Below, piece by piece: positions 63,801 to 64,000 of a stretch of DNA of 64,000 nt. This DNA comes from the human T2T-CHM13v2.0 reference genome, Homo sapiens: NCBI RefSeq assembly GCF_009914755.1, contig NC_060925.1. One strand, given 5' to 3'. The translations under genes and the position numbers were made by a program. Under the pieces are notes generated by a model. It was not told the origin of the DNA and did no database searches. It saw nothing but the letters and a program-made list of their open reading frames with translations. Positions within the stretch are counted from its first letter, which is position 1, and the number at the start of each line of letters is the position of its first letter.

Positions 63801-64000
63801 AATATCCACTTACAGACTTTACAAACAGAGTGTTTCCTAACTGCTCTATGAACAGAAAGGTTAAACTCTGTGAGTTGAACGAACACATCACAACGCAGTT
63901 TGTGGGAATGATTCTGTCTAGTTTTGAAACGAAGATATTTCCTTTTCTGCCGTTGACCTTAAAGCGCTTGAAATCTACACTTGCAAATTGCACAAATAGA
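51894..64000 (-). repeat. HOR copies 14-10-10-12-14-mer plus a final incomplete copy; more divergent sub-domain
   Basis: M2 markers at 51894, 54275, 55976, 57677, 59716 and 62097. Spacings are 2381, 1701, 1701, 2039 and 2381 bp. More private substitutions are visible here than in the left half. Confidence 0.88.

Larger units (their letters stand above)
1..64000 (-). repeat. Alpha-satellite higher-order-repeat array, SF1 dimeric (J1/J2) type, probably the live S1C1/5/19H1L (D1Z7/D5Z2/D19Z3) centromeric array
   Basis: Continuous ~170-bp monomers with alphoid motifs (AACTCTGTGAGTTGAA, TTCTGTCTAG, TCCACTTGCA, AGAGTGTTT) and a strict 339-341 bp dimer period, also seen in the ORF track spacing. 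CENP-B box in alternate monomers and an EcoRI site (GAGAATTC) in most dimers. Alpha-satellite identity is essentially certain. The chr1/5/19 assignment comes from recall of the organisation (fixed core plus variable number of near-identical dimers) and has roughly 0.7 confidence. Confidence 0.98.

Noticed and set aside
232-63993. Hundreds of 60-105 aa ORFs on both strands (MFPNCSM..., MILRNSF..., MCIQLTE..., MQFASVD...)
   Set aside because: They recur with the 340-bp or HOR period, overlap on both strands and often rely on GTG/TTG starts. They are freely opened and closed by single SNPs and 1-bp indels and show no recognisable domain. They are translations of satellite DNA and were used only as position markers.
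1-64000. CRISPR-like or prokaryotic repeat-spacer array, or a diversity-generating cassette system
   Set aside because: The sequence between conserved motifs is itself repeated, so there are no unique spacers. No cas, recombinase or reverse transcriptase gene is present, and the motifs are diagnostic of alpha satellite.
1-64000. Embedded L1/Alu insertion, non-alphoid island or strand inversion
   Set aside because: The ~340-bp phase is unbroken from end to end and every CENP-B box I read is in the same orientation. There are no long poly-A tails or non-satellite segments.
1-64000. Definite assignment to chromosome 1, 5 or 19, or to the CENP-A/kinetochore (CDR) domain
   Set aside because: This needs alignment to assemblies and epigenetic data and cannot be determined from the sequence alone.

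Overview
The whole 64 kb window is one uninterrupted, single-orientation array of primate (very probably human) centromeric alpha-satellite DNA. The + strand carries the reverse complement of the usual CATTCTCAGAAAC... consensus. It is built from about 376 monomers of ~170 bp arranged as ~340-bp A/B dimers. Every dimer has a CENP-B box (TCCCGTTTCCAACGAAG on +) and a pJalpha-type box in the partner monomer. This is the suprachromosomal family 1 (J1/J2) organisation and most resembles the live S1C1/5/19H1L array (D1Z7/D5Z2/D19Z3); that assignment is from recall, not a search. A distinctive dimer (M2) recurs 29 times and defines 28 complete higher-order repeats (HORs) of 8, 10, 12, 14, 16 or 18 monomers. 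Diagnostic SNPs resolve eight dimer classes, which point to a cryptic 16-mer master HOR and to a nested history of duplications, deletions and hybrid monomers. I see no genes, RNA genes, transposons, CRISPR arrays or inversions. All listed ORFs are periodic by-products of the satellite. I found no evidence of a new gene-based system; the interesting content is the internal HOR architecture.
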